Of a DNA stretch of 64,000 nucleotides, positions 9,792-18,807 are shown one piece after another (position 1 is the first letter of the stretch; each line of letters opens with the position of its first letter). The notes beneath the pieces were generated by a model. It searched no databases, had not been told where the DNA came from, and was given only the letters and a program-made list of their open reading frames with translations. The DNA lies in IMG/VR virus record IMGVR_UViG_3300005541_000007, positions 16,386-80,385 of that record; one strand, written 5' to 3'. Made by a program: the position numbers and the translations under genes. The DNA is from a virus.

Positions 9792-9985
9792 TGGCGCTGA
9801 TTAATATTGGCTCAGCGCCGGAAGCCTCTTTGAATCCCTTACTTTAAGTAGGGGACACCCTAAAGTTGTACTATTTCTCATGTGTCAAACGATGTAGTTA
9901 TAGGGTATTGGTTGTGGAAGTTTATCTTAGATTAGCTATTTCCAAGATGGTCCCGGCGCTTTCTCCCACATCAGCGTTTCCGGCA
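9792..9985. ncRNA. Candidate structured non-coding RNA
   Basis: GC-rich nested inverted repeats in an AT-rich intergenic gap. Confidence 0.4.
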
Positions 9986-9994
9986 ATGTCGTTT

Positions 9995-10330
9995 TTAGGC
10001 GGGCGGTGTACTTTGCGTAACTAGTCCATCGCTAGTAGTCTTCAAAGTATTAACTGCCGTTTCTAGTGCAGTTGCAGACGCAAGAGCCGCAGTAAGGTCT
10101 GTGGGGCCTCCCGCTGACTCAAGTGCCTGAATCTTGGCAAGGAGTGCTGTAACGTTCGTTACAACTGAGGTAATGTCTGAAACTACTGCATTAACTGCTG
10201 TAGTAATATTTCCGAGTGCGGTGTTAAGGTCGTCCAATTGTGCCATTATAAGTTTTTTATTTTCCTTTGCTAGTATTTCTAAGAACCATGCTCTGATTCT
10301 AATTCGTATCTTTAAGAGAGTATGTCTCAT
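9995..10330 (-). CDS. Coiled-coil hypothetical protein (may start at MAQLDD)
   Basis: Ala/Thr-rich heptad pattern. Confidence 0.5.
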   Translation of the reverse strand: MRHTLLKIRIRIRAWFLEILAKENKKLIMAQLDDLNTALGNITTAVNAVVSDITSVVTNVTALLAKIQALESAGGPTDLTAALASATALETAVNTLKTTSDGLVTQSTPPA

Positions 10331-10466
10331 AAATTGTCATTTTAAAAAAGTTTTTAAGGTTGGATTTACAGTCACTTTGTCGTGGTACCCGAGATTTAGA
10401 CCTACCAACCTTAAAATTTTGGGATTACGTTGAGCACGAGTCTACGCCCCCAACCACCAAATCTAA

Positions 10467-10904
10467 TTAGAATTGAAGACTAATACCGCCAATAGCCCCA
10501 AATCCAAACGTACCCTTTTGTCCACCACCACTACCAGCAAATGCCATAGTAGCGACAATCGGGCCAGCGGACGTATTCGCAATATGCCAAGAATGTCCTA
10601 AAGAAATTCCTGCTACTGCTGTCTTATACTTATCATCATACCCGGCAAATCCAGAAAGATCAAGTGAAATCTTAGAATACTTTCCTAGAAAACTAATCGT
10701 AGTCCACTTATTTGCAATAACTTCTGCAAAAGAATTTGCCTTGAAGTTAAAATAGCCAAGTCCTGACCACGTACTTCCTGGTGCGGGTGCAACCACTACA
10801 GTTTGATTAGTATTTGAATTTAGCGGCTGTGCAACTGACGTATCAGCAATTGCAGTTGAAAAAATAGCTGTTGAAGCTAGAAGTGTAATGAGTGTTTTGT
10901 TCAT
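10467..10904 (-). CDS. Secreted protein, possibly outer-membrane beta-barrel-like
   Basis: Signal peptide MNKTLITLLASTAIFSTAIA; amphipathic strands; terminal ISLQF. Confidence 0.45.
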   Translation of the reverse strand: MNKTLITLLASTAIFSTAIADTSVAQPLNSNTNQTVVVAPAPGSTWSGLGYFNFKANSFAEVIANKWTTISFLGKYSKISLDLSGFAGYDDKYKTAVAGISLGHSWHIANTSAGPIVATMAFAGSGGGQKGTFGFGAIGGISLQF

Positions 10905-10922
10905 GTGTTTATTTATAATACC

Positions 10923-11129
10923 TTAAAAAGTCCAATTTGGTACAACAATATCAATCGCATACCATCCCGAAGAAACAATAACCTTTGTCCCATCTGATAA
11001 GTTAAGTCTGTGTGTTCCACTAGGTCTAACGCAAATTTCATTCACATTTTGATAAGTAATATCTCTATCTGCAAATTTATAAGTTCTAGATTGTTCTTCA
11101 ACCGTTGTAAAAACTAAATCTTCAGTCAT
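10923..11129 (-). CDS. Hypothetical protein
   Basis: Clean ORF coupled to the upstream gene. Confidence 0.55.
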   Translation of the reverse strand: MTEDLVFTTVEEQSRTYKFADRDITYQNVNEICVRPSGTHRLNLSDGTKVIVSSGWYAIDIVVPNWTF

Positions 11130-11335
11130 TATGAAATTGCTGTCTCCGTTTTAAATAATCGCAAAAGCAAATTAGTGACTGCTAATGCTCCAGCGAAAAA
11201 TGCTAGAATGTGCGGATTTGATTGAATCCAAACATCATTTGTAAAATACTGCTCTGCTCCAACCGCGAGTGTTAGAGCGTTGACCCAAACTGTAGTACTC
11301 TGATACCAAGGCTTACTTGCTGTTACTGATCCCAT
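11129..11335 (-). CDS. Holin-like two-TM protein
   Basis: SKPWYQS.TVWVN motif and two hydrophobic helices. Confidence 0.6.
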   Translation of the reverse strand: MGSVTASKPWYQSTTVWVNALTLAVGAEQYFTNDVWIQSNPHILAFFAGALAVTNLLLRLFKTETAIS

Positions 11336-11396
11336 AAAAAGTTTTTATCTCCTGAAACCTATCTATTTGCAGGTTCAGTTAGGTATCATACAACAT

Positions 11397-12023
11397 ATGG
11401 ACACCGAAAGTCAAGGGGTAGACGAAAAAACTTTTTCAACTGCTCTGCACCGTACCTTTTTTAACGTCTCTAAGCCGTATGCTTATTTGTATATAGAAAT
11501 TACTCCTTGTCAACGTTGGGATATAACTCCAACTTGTATGTATTTTTCTATTCAATGCTTAGATGAAGATTATCAAGAAGTTGCTTTAATTTGTAGAAAA
11601 GTAATGAATTTTAGAGATTGGGATGAAATTAATGCAGTAATTAAACAAATGGATGAATGTATTGATATTTTAGATGTAAAATACTACAATAAACCTTTAC
11701 AACAACCATCAAAAGGCGTAATTTATTGTATTAATGATTTTATTTCTTATTTAGTTGTAACGAAACAAATTAGATGTTTAAATCTTTATCAACAGAAAAT
11801 TCTTAGACCAAAACTTTATTCTAATTTTATAGCAAGAAAACTTCCAATTCAAATTATATTGGGAGATTATCAAGATAAAAAACCGTTCTATGATATATTT
11901 CTAAAGAGTAATTATAAACTCCATAAGAAATCCTGTCCTACTTATGAACAGATGGATGTTTATTTTACAGAATTTTTAAGAAAACAAAAAGCAATTAGAA
12001 ATCAAGAAGAATATTATGAGTAA
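11397..12023 (+). CDS. Hypothetical protein (likely start ATG 11397)
   Basis: AGGTATCAT -10 element ends 7 nt upstream of the ATG. Confidence 0.5.
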   Translation: MDTESQGVDEKTFSTALHRTFFNVSKPYAYLYIEITPCQRWDITPTCMYFSIQCLDEDYQEVALICRKVMNFRDWDEINAVIKQMDECIDILDVKYYNKPLQQPSKGVIYCINDFISYLVVTKQIRCLNLYQQKILRPKLYSNFIARKLPIQIILGDYQDKKPFYDIFLKSNYKLHKKSCPTYEQMDVYFTEFLRKQKAIRNQEEYYE

Positions 12024-12357
12024 ATTAATTAAACCAGAACCAAAACAAGAATTTGATGATTTAGAAGAATTACGTAGGCAAATCGCTAATGAAGAATTAG
12101 CTACTGCTTATGACAGAGAAAAACATATTAATGAAATTAAATCTAAAATTACTAAAGATTTAAATGATGAAGTTCCTGTAAAACTTACCGATGAAATTTG
12201 TGAATTAGGATTATTATCTTGGTTTAGAGAAATTACTACAAAGTATGAAAATGCTAGACGATTAAAAGCATTGTGGGAAAAAGCTAATGAAGAGAATGAA
12301 TCAGAAATTTCTAGAAGTTTTGGAATAAATGATTGTGATTTTAGATTATCGTTCTAA
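12016..12357 (+). CDS. Hypothetical protein
   Basis: Overlapping coupled ORF. Confidence 0.5.
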   Translation: MSKLIKPEPKQEFDDLEELRRQIANEELATAYDREKHINEIKSKITKDLNDEVPVKLTDEICELGLLSWFREITTKYENARRLKALWEKANEENESEISRSFGINDCDFRLSF

Positions 12358-12660
12358 ATAAATCTTATCATAAATCTTTTGAAGCATTTCTTTCATATCA
12401 TGTAAATCCGATTGAAAAGTTGAACTTCTAGTTTCTAAAATTGATAATCTTAAAGATTGTGCTTCAATTAAAGTTTTATGTTGAACATCGGTAGCTAATA
12501 ACTCTATTGTTTTTGAAGATAGCGATTTTACGTCATTTGTTAGTGAAGCGGCTTTCCAAATTAAACCTACAACTAATCCTACACTGGTAATACAAACACC
12601 AATAATTGTAAATAAATAATCTCCCAACTGCAATGTATTAGGAACTTGTGCTAGGAGCAT
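12346..12660 (-). CDS. Single-TM plus coiled-coil protein (holin-like)
   Basis: N-terminal TM helix followed by heptads; TATAAT 6 nt upstream of the ATG. Confidence 0.5.
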   Translation of the reverse strand: MLLAQVPNTLQLGDYLFTIIGVCITSVGLVVGLIWKAASLTNDVKSLSSKTIELLATDVQHKTLIEAQSLRLSILETRSSTFQSDLHDMKEMLQKIYDKIYLER

Positions 12661-13323
12661 TCATTTATTATACTCAAAGTAATTCTACGAATATAAAAAG
12701 TTCTTTTTGCAATATTTTTGCGCTGCGGCGTCTGTATACCCTTGTTCTGTCTACTTAGCATTACTAGCAAGTTCTTTCCCTTTGAATTGAATATTTTTGT
12801 TCTGTAAAGTATTTTAACCCGATTTTTACAAGATAAGTTAATTTTAGTTTATAAAATTTTTAAAATTATGTTTTCTTCTGTTTAGCTCGTGTACAGCACT
12901 TTTCTTAGATTTTTCTAAGGTTTATAAGATTTTTTTATAAAAGCTTGACAAATGATTGTCTACTATGCTACACACGCGCATGTCGTGACTATAGGACTCT
13001 AAAGAGAAATGATATTATTTATATAAAACTTCACTTCGTTCAGTTTTATAATATTATTCTTCGCTTTGCTCAGAATAATATGTTATTCTTAGCTTTGTTT
13101 AATTTTGTTTAGCTTTGAAAAGCTTTATTTAGCTTTGAAAAGCAAAAATAACATAGGAAGCTAAATTTTTTATAGATGGTTTAAAAAATTATGAAGGATT
13201 TAAAAAGTTTTATATAGTAAAAATAATATAGAAGATTTATTTAAAGTAACGATGGTAAAATTTTCTGAGAGGGCTTGACTTTTCAGCCGGGGTGTGGTAT
13301 AGTGTCTCCAATGCACTACTTCA
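12661..13323. other. Large AT-rich non-coding region; candidate replication origin or genome end
   Basis: Twin hairpins 13022-13081, 20-bp-period TTAGCTTTG repeats 13089-13143, divergent promoters. Confidence 0.45.
13275..13303 (+). promoter_or_regulatory. Early sigma70 promoter
   Basis: TTGACT-N17-TATAGT with TGTGG extended -10. Confidence 0.8.
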
Positions 13324-13767
13324 ATGGACGGGAAGCTTATGACAACTGAACAACTGTTTAAAAAATTACTTGACCTTGGGTATGAGGAAGAACGCGTAGA
13401 CTCTGGAGTGTGGTCGTATAATTCACCCGATTGTCCAGAACTAAACGGTTCATTTGAGGTTTATCTTTGTGTAAAATTAGAAAACGGGAAATTAGATCAA
13501 TCTCTAAGCGTCTATTTCAATTCAAATAATGAAACAATTCAAAATTCTAGGGTTCCTGAATCAAATGAAGAATCGGTTACACCCGATGAAATTTGGAATT
13601 TTATTGAAAATTTTCAATCTAAAAAAGTAATATTTAATGAATATTTAGTATCATGTAAAATAAATGCACCATATGATATTACTGTAGATCAAATTAAAAA
13701 TACTATTTTTGGGGGATATTATGTTAAAAAATTTAATCCTTATGATATTGCCATTGTATCTGTGTAA
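13324..13767 (+). CDS. Hypothetical early protein
   Basis: ORF downstream of the early promoter. Confidence 0.5.
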   Translation: MDGKLMTTEQLFKKLLDLGYEEERVDSGVWSYNSPDCPELNGSFEVYLCVKLENGKLDQSLSVYFNSNNETIQNSRVPESNEESVTPDEIWNFIENFQSKKVIFNEYLVSCKINAPYDITVDQIKNTIFGGYYVKKFNPYDIAIVSV

Positions 13768-13779
13768 TAAACTACATAA

Positions 13780-14625
13780 ATGATTTCTATTCCAACCACA
13801 ATGAACGAAAATCTTACCGATGTTGAATCACGAGTAGAACTTTCTCAAACCGAGAAAGAAGAAGCGTGGTTTAATGCAATGCGAAACTATTTCCTTGGAT
13901 TTCTCCCAACAGATCAAATGGAGAAAATTTACAATGAAATTAATTTTATTCCTGAAGATAAGGAAGGATTTTACAAGAGAATTTCAAAAGAACTGGAGCC
14001 GCTATATTCCCAAGAAGAAGTTTTAATCAATCAATCACTTCCATTAACCATCGAAGGATTTGTTCCTCCGCAAAAGAAATTCTTTTATTCCTGGGATATT
14101 TTTAAGAAGTTTAATCTTGCACCTTGGGTTAAAAAGAGTATGCCTGATAATTGTCTAATTAAGCGATTTAAGGATGATTACACAACCTATGATGTTCGTT
14201 GCTTTGAAGAGTGTGGATTTGTAGAAATCGGAGATTGGCTTATTTCCAGAACAGTCCAACCATACGCAATCGTAGCAGATGTACCATTCAAGAATGAAGA
14301 TGGAACCAAAGGAGTTAAGGAAGAAGTACAGGCAATCTATCCTTCCCTAAATAGTAAAACTGGACTACTTTGTGTTATTCCAAAAATGACAGAAGAGGAA
14401 TTTTTTACTAAGTGTCCTTTTGTTCCGGGGGCAGATAATATGGGGATTCAGTTTACAGGCGAATTTGAGGTAGGGATGATTAATCCCGAGTTCGCAGCCG
14501 AATATAATATTCCATGTACCACAGCGTTCATTCTAAGGCGCTACAAGAGCAAATTGAAGATGAATAAGAACGTGAGTAAACCAACGGTTGAAAGAGATTT
14601 CTACCGTGGAGCAATGGTTGGTTAA
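13780..14625 (+). CDS. Hypothetical protein
   Basis: Long clean ORF. Confidence 0.55.
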   Translation: MISIPTTMNENLTDVESRVELSQTEKEEAWFNAMRNYFLGFLPTDQMEKIYNEINFIPEDKEGFYKRISKELEPLYSQEEVLINQSLPLTIEGFVPPQKKFFYSWDIFKKFNLAPWVKKSMPDNCLIKRFKDDYTTYDVRCFEECGFVEIGDWLISRTVQPYAIVADVPFKNEDGTKGVKEEVQAIYPSLNSKTGLLCVIPKMTEEEFFTKCPFVPGADNMGIQFTGEFEVGMINPEFAAEYNIPCTTAFILRRYKSKLKMNKNVSKPTVERDFYRGAMVG

Positions 14626-15016
14626 ATCAACTCTTCTAGACAAAATATCAACTAATTCTACAGTTTCCGATTATTTGGTAAACTCTGAATTAAGTAACGT
14701 TGATGAAGAGGAAATTAGAAATATTAGGGAAGTATTTACCCGGTTTCTTGGTGCTGTTAATTTCACTCATGTCGATGCGTATTATCCTGCTTATTATTCT
14801 GTCGATCTGGTTTCCAGAACTATCACAGGATTGTGGCCCTTAAATTATTTTGAACTTTTTCTTTGTGTAATGTATATTTGTAACACTTTTCAAGATAATT
14901 TAACTGAAAATGATTTAATGAGTCTTGCTAAAAAATCGTTAATAGGGTATAATATTCCAGAAGCGCAAATCAACAAAGCGCAATTACATGCTGGAATCTT
15001 ACTCGCAACAGAATGA
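14588..15016 (+). CDS. Hypothetical protein
   Basis: ORF in operon; start uncertain. Confidence 0.45.
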   Translation: MKEISTVEQWLVKSTLLDKISTNSTVSDYLVNSELSNVDEEEIRNIREVFTRFLGAVNFTHVDAYYPAYYSVDLVSRTITGLWPLNYFELFLCVMYICNTFQDNLTENDLMSLAKKSLIGYNIPEAQINKAQLHAGILLATE

Positions 15017-15881
15017 ACTAATTGATATTTCTAGAAAAAAAGATGTAGTAAATTTAATAACTCATGCTCTTTTAAGCGGAATCGTAGTAGATATTATGTC
15101 TAATACATTTAAAAATTGGAGTAAGGAAGAAATTATAGATTGGTTTCCAAAATATAAGAAACAATCAGAAAGAGAAGGATCAGAGTGTGAGACAGAAGAA
15201 CCAAAAGATATTTATCCAGATAATTCATCAGAAACTTCAATAATTACAGAATATATATTCTATTTCTTAGATAAAGATAAATGGACAATAGAAAACGAAA
15301 AAAGATTTAAACAAGAAAACTTATATATTGTAGATGCAGTATTACAATCAATTTTAATTAGATTAGAAAACAAAGAATATAAATCATTTATAGGAAACAA
15401 TACCTATAATTTAATTTTACGACTTACATATACATTAATTGAAACAGGATATTTTGGTTATCAGGATTTACAAGTATTATTTGAGACATGTGATGAAAAA
15501 CTTGCACCTTATTTTGAAGATTTACTAAATAATTATTTTGATTTTGATTTCTATAATGAATTTTATAGTGTAGCAATTAAAGATAATCAAGAATTAGATG
15601 AAGATCAATTAATTTTACTTGAGGTAGTATTTTATCTTGCCCGTATTTCAACTCAATATAAAGGAATTAAATTTACCACAGTACCAAAAGAAACGCTACC
15701 AGAAGTTTTTACAACACAATCAGACATTGGACTCGTTACTTTTCTATTTGCAATATGGTGTATTTTTTCTGAACAATATGGGAAACAAAGTCAATATAGA
15801 TTAATAGTTCCAGAAAAATTATGTAAAGAAAGTCCATATGCTGAAGATTTAAAAGATTTAATAAAAACCATTATATTATGA
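14988..15881 (+). CDS. Hypothetical acidic protein
   Basis: Long clean ORF. Confidence 0.55.
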   Translation: MLESYSQQNELIDISRKKDVVNLITHALLSGIVVDIMSNTFKNWSKEEIIDWFPKYKKQSEREGSECETEEPKDIYPDNSSETSIITEYIFYFLDKDKWTIENEKRFKQENLYIVDAVLQSILIRLENKEYKSFIGNNTYNLILRLTYTLIETGYFGYQDLQVLFETCDEKLAPYFEDLLNNYFDFDFYNEFYSVAIKDNQELDEDQLILLEVVFYLARISTQYKGIKFTTVPKETLPEVFTTQSDIGLVTFLFAIWCIFSEQYGKQSQYRLIVPEKLCKESPYAEDLKDLIKTIIL

Positions 15882-17245
15882 TAAACCAAAATAAAAAATA
15901 TCTCCACAATATAGATTTATTTAATGAATTTATTGGAGATTTATACATAAAAACCAAACCAGAGATTGAAAATAAATGGGGAATATCACATTCTTCTATT
16001 AAAAGATGGAGAAAGAAGAATCCAGATCAATTAAGTATTTTTAAGCAAAGTACATTTGGTACGATTGGAACACAGTTTGTAACAGGAATGTCAGTTGCTA
16101 ATCAATATCCAAAGAATAGTACACCGTTTGGAAACTGTTCAGATACTTTCAACGGTAATCAATGGACACACGAATCAGTAAGTAAGAAAAGAATTTCCAC
16201 ACTAGCAGAACTACTAGAGCATTGTAAAGTAGATTCAACTGAATGGGAAGTAGTCAAGTGGACTCTCAAGAAGTGGGATTTTGGAATTAAAAATTCTGAA
16301 GATGCTGTTGAAGTAGAAGAGTTTTTTGCTGTAAGTGCAGTATTTAAGAAACGAGTTGAAATAATTCAAGGAAAGCAAATCTTAAATGAACTTGCTGAAG
16401 AACTTAAAGCACTATCTCCAAAAGTATCACCATTTTACTATAATAAAGAAAATTTTACAGAAAAAAGACTTTTAGAGATTTCTCCATTTGATTTACATTT
16501 TAATAAACTTTGTTGGGAAGAAGAAACTGGCGAAAATTATGATTCTGTTGAAGCTACGAAACGTTATGAAACTGCTATTAGTGATCTTGTTAATAAAGCT
16601 GTAGCAACAGGTCCAATTGATAGAATTCTTTTTATAATTGGGCAAGACTTATTTAATATTGATTCTAATTCAAATACTACTACAGGCGGTACTCCACAAA
16701 CTGCTGATTCTAGGCATCATAAAATCTTTAGAAAAGTTTTACATATGAAGATTGATACAATTCGTAGACTTAGCCTATATGCCCCAGTTGATGTGCTTAT
16801 AGTTCCAGGTAATCACGATGAAGAAACAACCTCTTATCTTGGAATGGCGCTTGAAGTAGCTTTTACTAATGATGCAAATATAGATATTAATGCTTCTGCT
16901 AAACTACGTAAATATTATCAATATGGTAAAGTGATGCTTTGCTTTACTCACGGAGATAAAGAAAAACTAACCGATCTTCCGTTGATTACTGCTGTAGAAG
17001 AACCGTATATGTTTGGTGCTACAAAATATAGGGAAGTACATACCGGACATAAACACACAACTAAAGCCTTTGGGCGTGTAGATGTTGATGAACAGCACGG
17101 AGTACGTGTACGTATCCTTCCGTCACTTACGGCTACAGATGCTTGGCATAAGGGTAAGGGTTTTGTAGGTAATATTCAAGCTTGTGAAGCCTATATTTGG
17201 GATGCTGAAAAGGGTCTAGATACCATCTTAATTCATAATATCTAA
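15878..17245 (+). CDS. Calcineurin-like metallophosphoesterase with N-terminal HTH-like region
   Basis: DLH, GQD, GNHD, THGD, HTGHKH motifs. Confidence 0.85.
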   Translation: MINQNKKYLHNIDLFNEFIGDLYIKTKPEIENKWGISHSSIKRWRKKNPDQLSIFKQSTFGTIGTQFVTGMSVANQYPKNSTPFGNCSDTFNGNQWTHESVSKKRISTLAELLEHCKVDSTEWEVVKWTLKKWDFGIKNSEDAVEVEEFFAVSAVFKKRVEIIQGKQILNELAEELKALSPKVSPFYYNKENFTEKRLLEISPFDLHFNKLCWEEETGENYDSVEATKRYETAISDLVNKAVATGPIDRILFIIGQDLFNIDSNSNTTTGGTPQTADSRHHKIFRKVLHMKIDTIRRLSLYAPVDVLIVPGNHDEETTSYLGMALEVAFTNDANIDINASAKLRKYYQYGKVMLCFTHGDKEKLTDLPLITAVEEPYMFGATKYREVHTGHKHTTKAFGRVDVDEQHGVRVRILPSLTATDAWHKGKGFVGNIQACEAYIWDAEKGLDTILIHNI

Positions 17246-17281
17246 AATCTAAGGTATAATTAATTCGGGTATTATTGTCAC

Positions 17282-18805
17282 ATGCCTCTATCGTGGCCTA
17301 AATTTTTCCAAGGCAAAAAAATACCTGAAATTACAAAAGGTTTAGTAACCGAACTAGATATTTTAGGTGAAGGCTTCCCCTCGCAAGATCAACTTGCGAT
17401 CATGCGTACAACCTTTGGCGTACCGTACAAAGGCAAGATACGTCCGCTTACTGCTGCTCAAATTTACGCACAAATGCCTGTACTCATGGCATGTGTTGAT
17501 AAAATTTGTAACTATGCTATGCAGGTTCCTCTTAATGTTTATAAACAAAGAAGTCTTGATGATGATATTTACGATGAACAACTAGTAACTAGAGGATTTC
17601 CAGCTAACACTATAATGAATGTAAATGAGTCTATGACTCAAACAGATTTTACATCAATGATGGCATTCTATCTCTTAGTCTTTGGAAATGCTTATATAGC
17701 AATGGAACCTGCACCAGAAGAATATAAAGATATTGCAGACTTCTTCTTATATCCCATGAATCCTACGTGGTGTTCTATCGTACCAGATGAAGCAGGAGAA
17801 TCCTTATATCTTTATCAACGTGCAGGTAAACGAATCTTCTTTAAGAAAGAATATGTAATTCATATTAAAGAAAATAATCCTTATGATAACTTTCAAGGAT
17901 TTATTAAGATGAATAGTCTTGACTACGATTTATCTAAAGAACGATTTGCTAAAGGTGATCTTTCTAGATATTTTGAAAGAGCTTCCAATCTTAATGGAGT
18001 AATTACTATGGATAAGAACTCCAGAGTAAATGCCGATGAAATTCGTAAATGGAAGAAACAATTAGAACAAGATTATTCCGGCCCTGCTAATGCTTATCGT
18101 ACTCTATTCTTAGAAAATGAAATGAAGTATGAAAAGATAGAAACGCAAGGAGGGGCGCAAAAAGCAGCTATTGATGTTATAGCAGATTCAGCCAGCACTA
18201 CGCAAATGCTCTATGGTGTTCCTGCCGCACTATTTACAGGTGATGCTAGAGATATTGAAAAGGTAGAAGAAATGTTTTGGAATTCTACTGTTAAACCATT
18301 ACTTACCAGAATTCAAGCACAACTTACAAAATTTATTCAAAGAAAAGCAGGACCAAAGTGGGAATGTCGTTATAATTATGCAAATATTTCAGCATTAAAA
18401 CGACAAGACTTTACTGTAATGCGTAGTGTGGTAGCAGCCATTAATACCGGGTATATGTCAGTAAATGAAAATAGAATTGCTAATGGTATGCCTCCACTTA
18501 CAGGCGCATATAAAGAGTTTGGAGATATGCCTCAACCCATGTGGCAACTAAAGAATAATATTATAGGTCCGCTGTCTAAAGGTGGATTTGGAGAACCGGG
18601 TGGGGGTAATCCAGCACAATCAGGCAAAACAGGTCCTAGCCTCACCGTAGCAGGTTCGCAAGGCGGCAGGGATCAATCCTCGCAAGGTGAAGCACAAATG
18701 GCTGATGAACATGGAAGTAAAACAATTGAAAGTATTGAAGATTATGATATGATTGAAATAATTAGTAAGATTTTACTAGAAGATAATTTGCAAGGTAAAC
18801 TCTAA
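17282..18805 (+). CDS. Portal protein (HK97 family)
   Basis: ACVDKI, LLVFGNAYI, LYPMNP, VIHIK, YGVP, SVNENR; upstream of protease and capsid. Confidence 0.9.
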   Translation: MPLSWPKFFQGKKIPEITKGLVTELDILGEGFPSQDQLAIMRTTFGVPYKGKIRPLTAAQIYAQMPVLMACVDKICNYAMQVPLNVYKQRSLDDDIYDEQLVTRGFPANTIMNVNESMTQTDFTSMMAFYLLVFGNAYIAMEPAPEEYKDIADFFLYPMNPTWCSIVPDEAGESLYLYQRAGKRIFFKKEYVIHIKENNPYDNFQGFIKMNSLDYDLSKERFAKGDLSRYFERASNLNGVITMDKNSRVNADEIRKWKKQLEQDYSGPANAYRTLFLENEMKYEKIETQGGAQKAAIDVIADSASTTQMLYGVPAALFTGDARDIEKVEEMFWNSTVKPLLTRIQAQLTKFIQRKAGPKWECRYNYANISALKRQDFTVMRSVVAAINTGYMSVNENRIANGMPPLTGAYKEFGDMPQPMWQLKNNIIGPLSKGGFGEPGGGNPAQSGKTGPSLTVAGSQGGRDQSSQGEAQMADEHGSKTIESIEDYDMIEIISKILLEDNLQGKL

Positions 18806-18807
18806 TC

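Noticed and set aside
9832-9856. IS605 right-end / orphan omegaRNA (GAATCCCTTACTTTAAGTAGGGGA)
   Set aside because: The hairpin resembles such ends but lacks the usual nearby TCA terminus and has no similarity to the tnpB locus; kept only as part of the ncRNA candidate.
9950-9985. Hammerhead or RNase P motif on the minus strand (CTGATGT...GAAA)
   Set aside because: The core is CUGAUGU rather than CUGANGA and the required helices are not evident.
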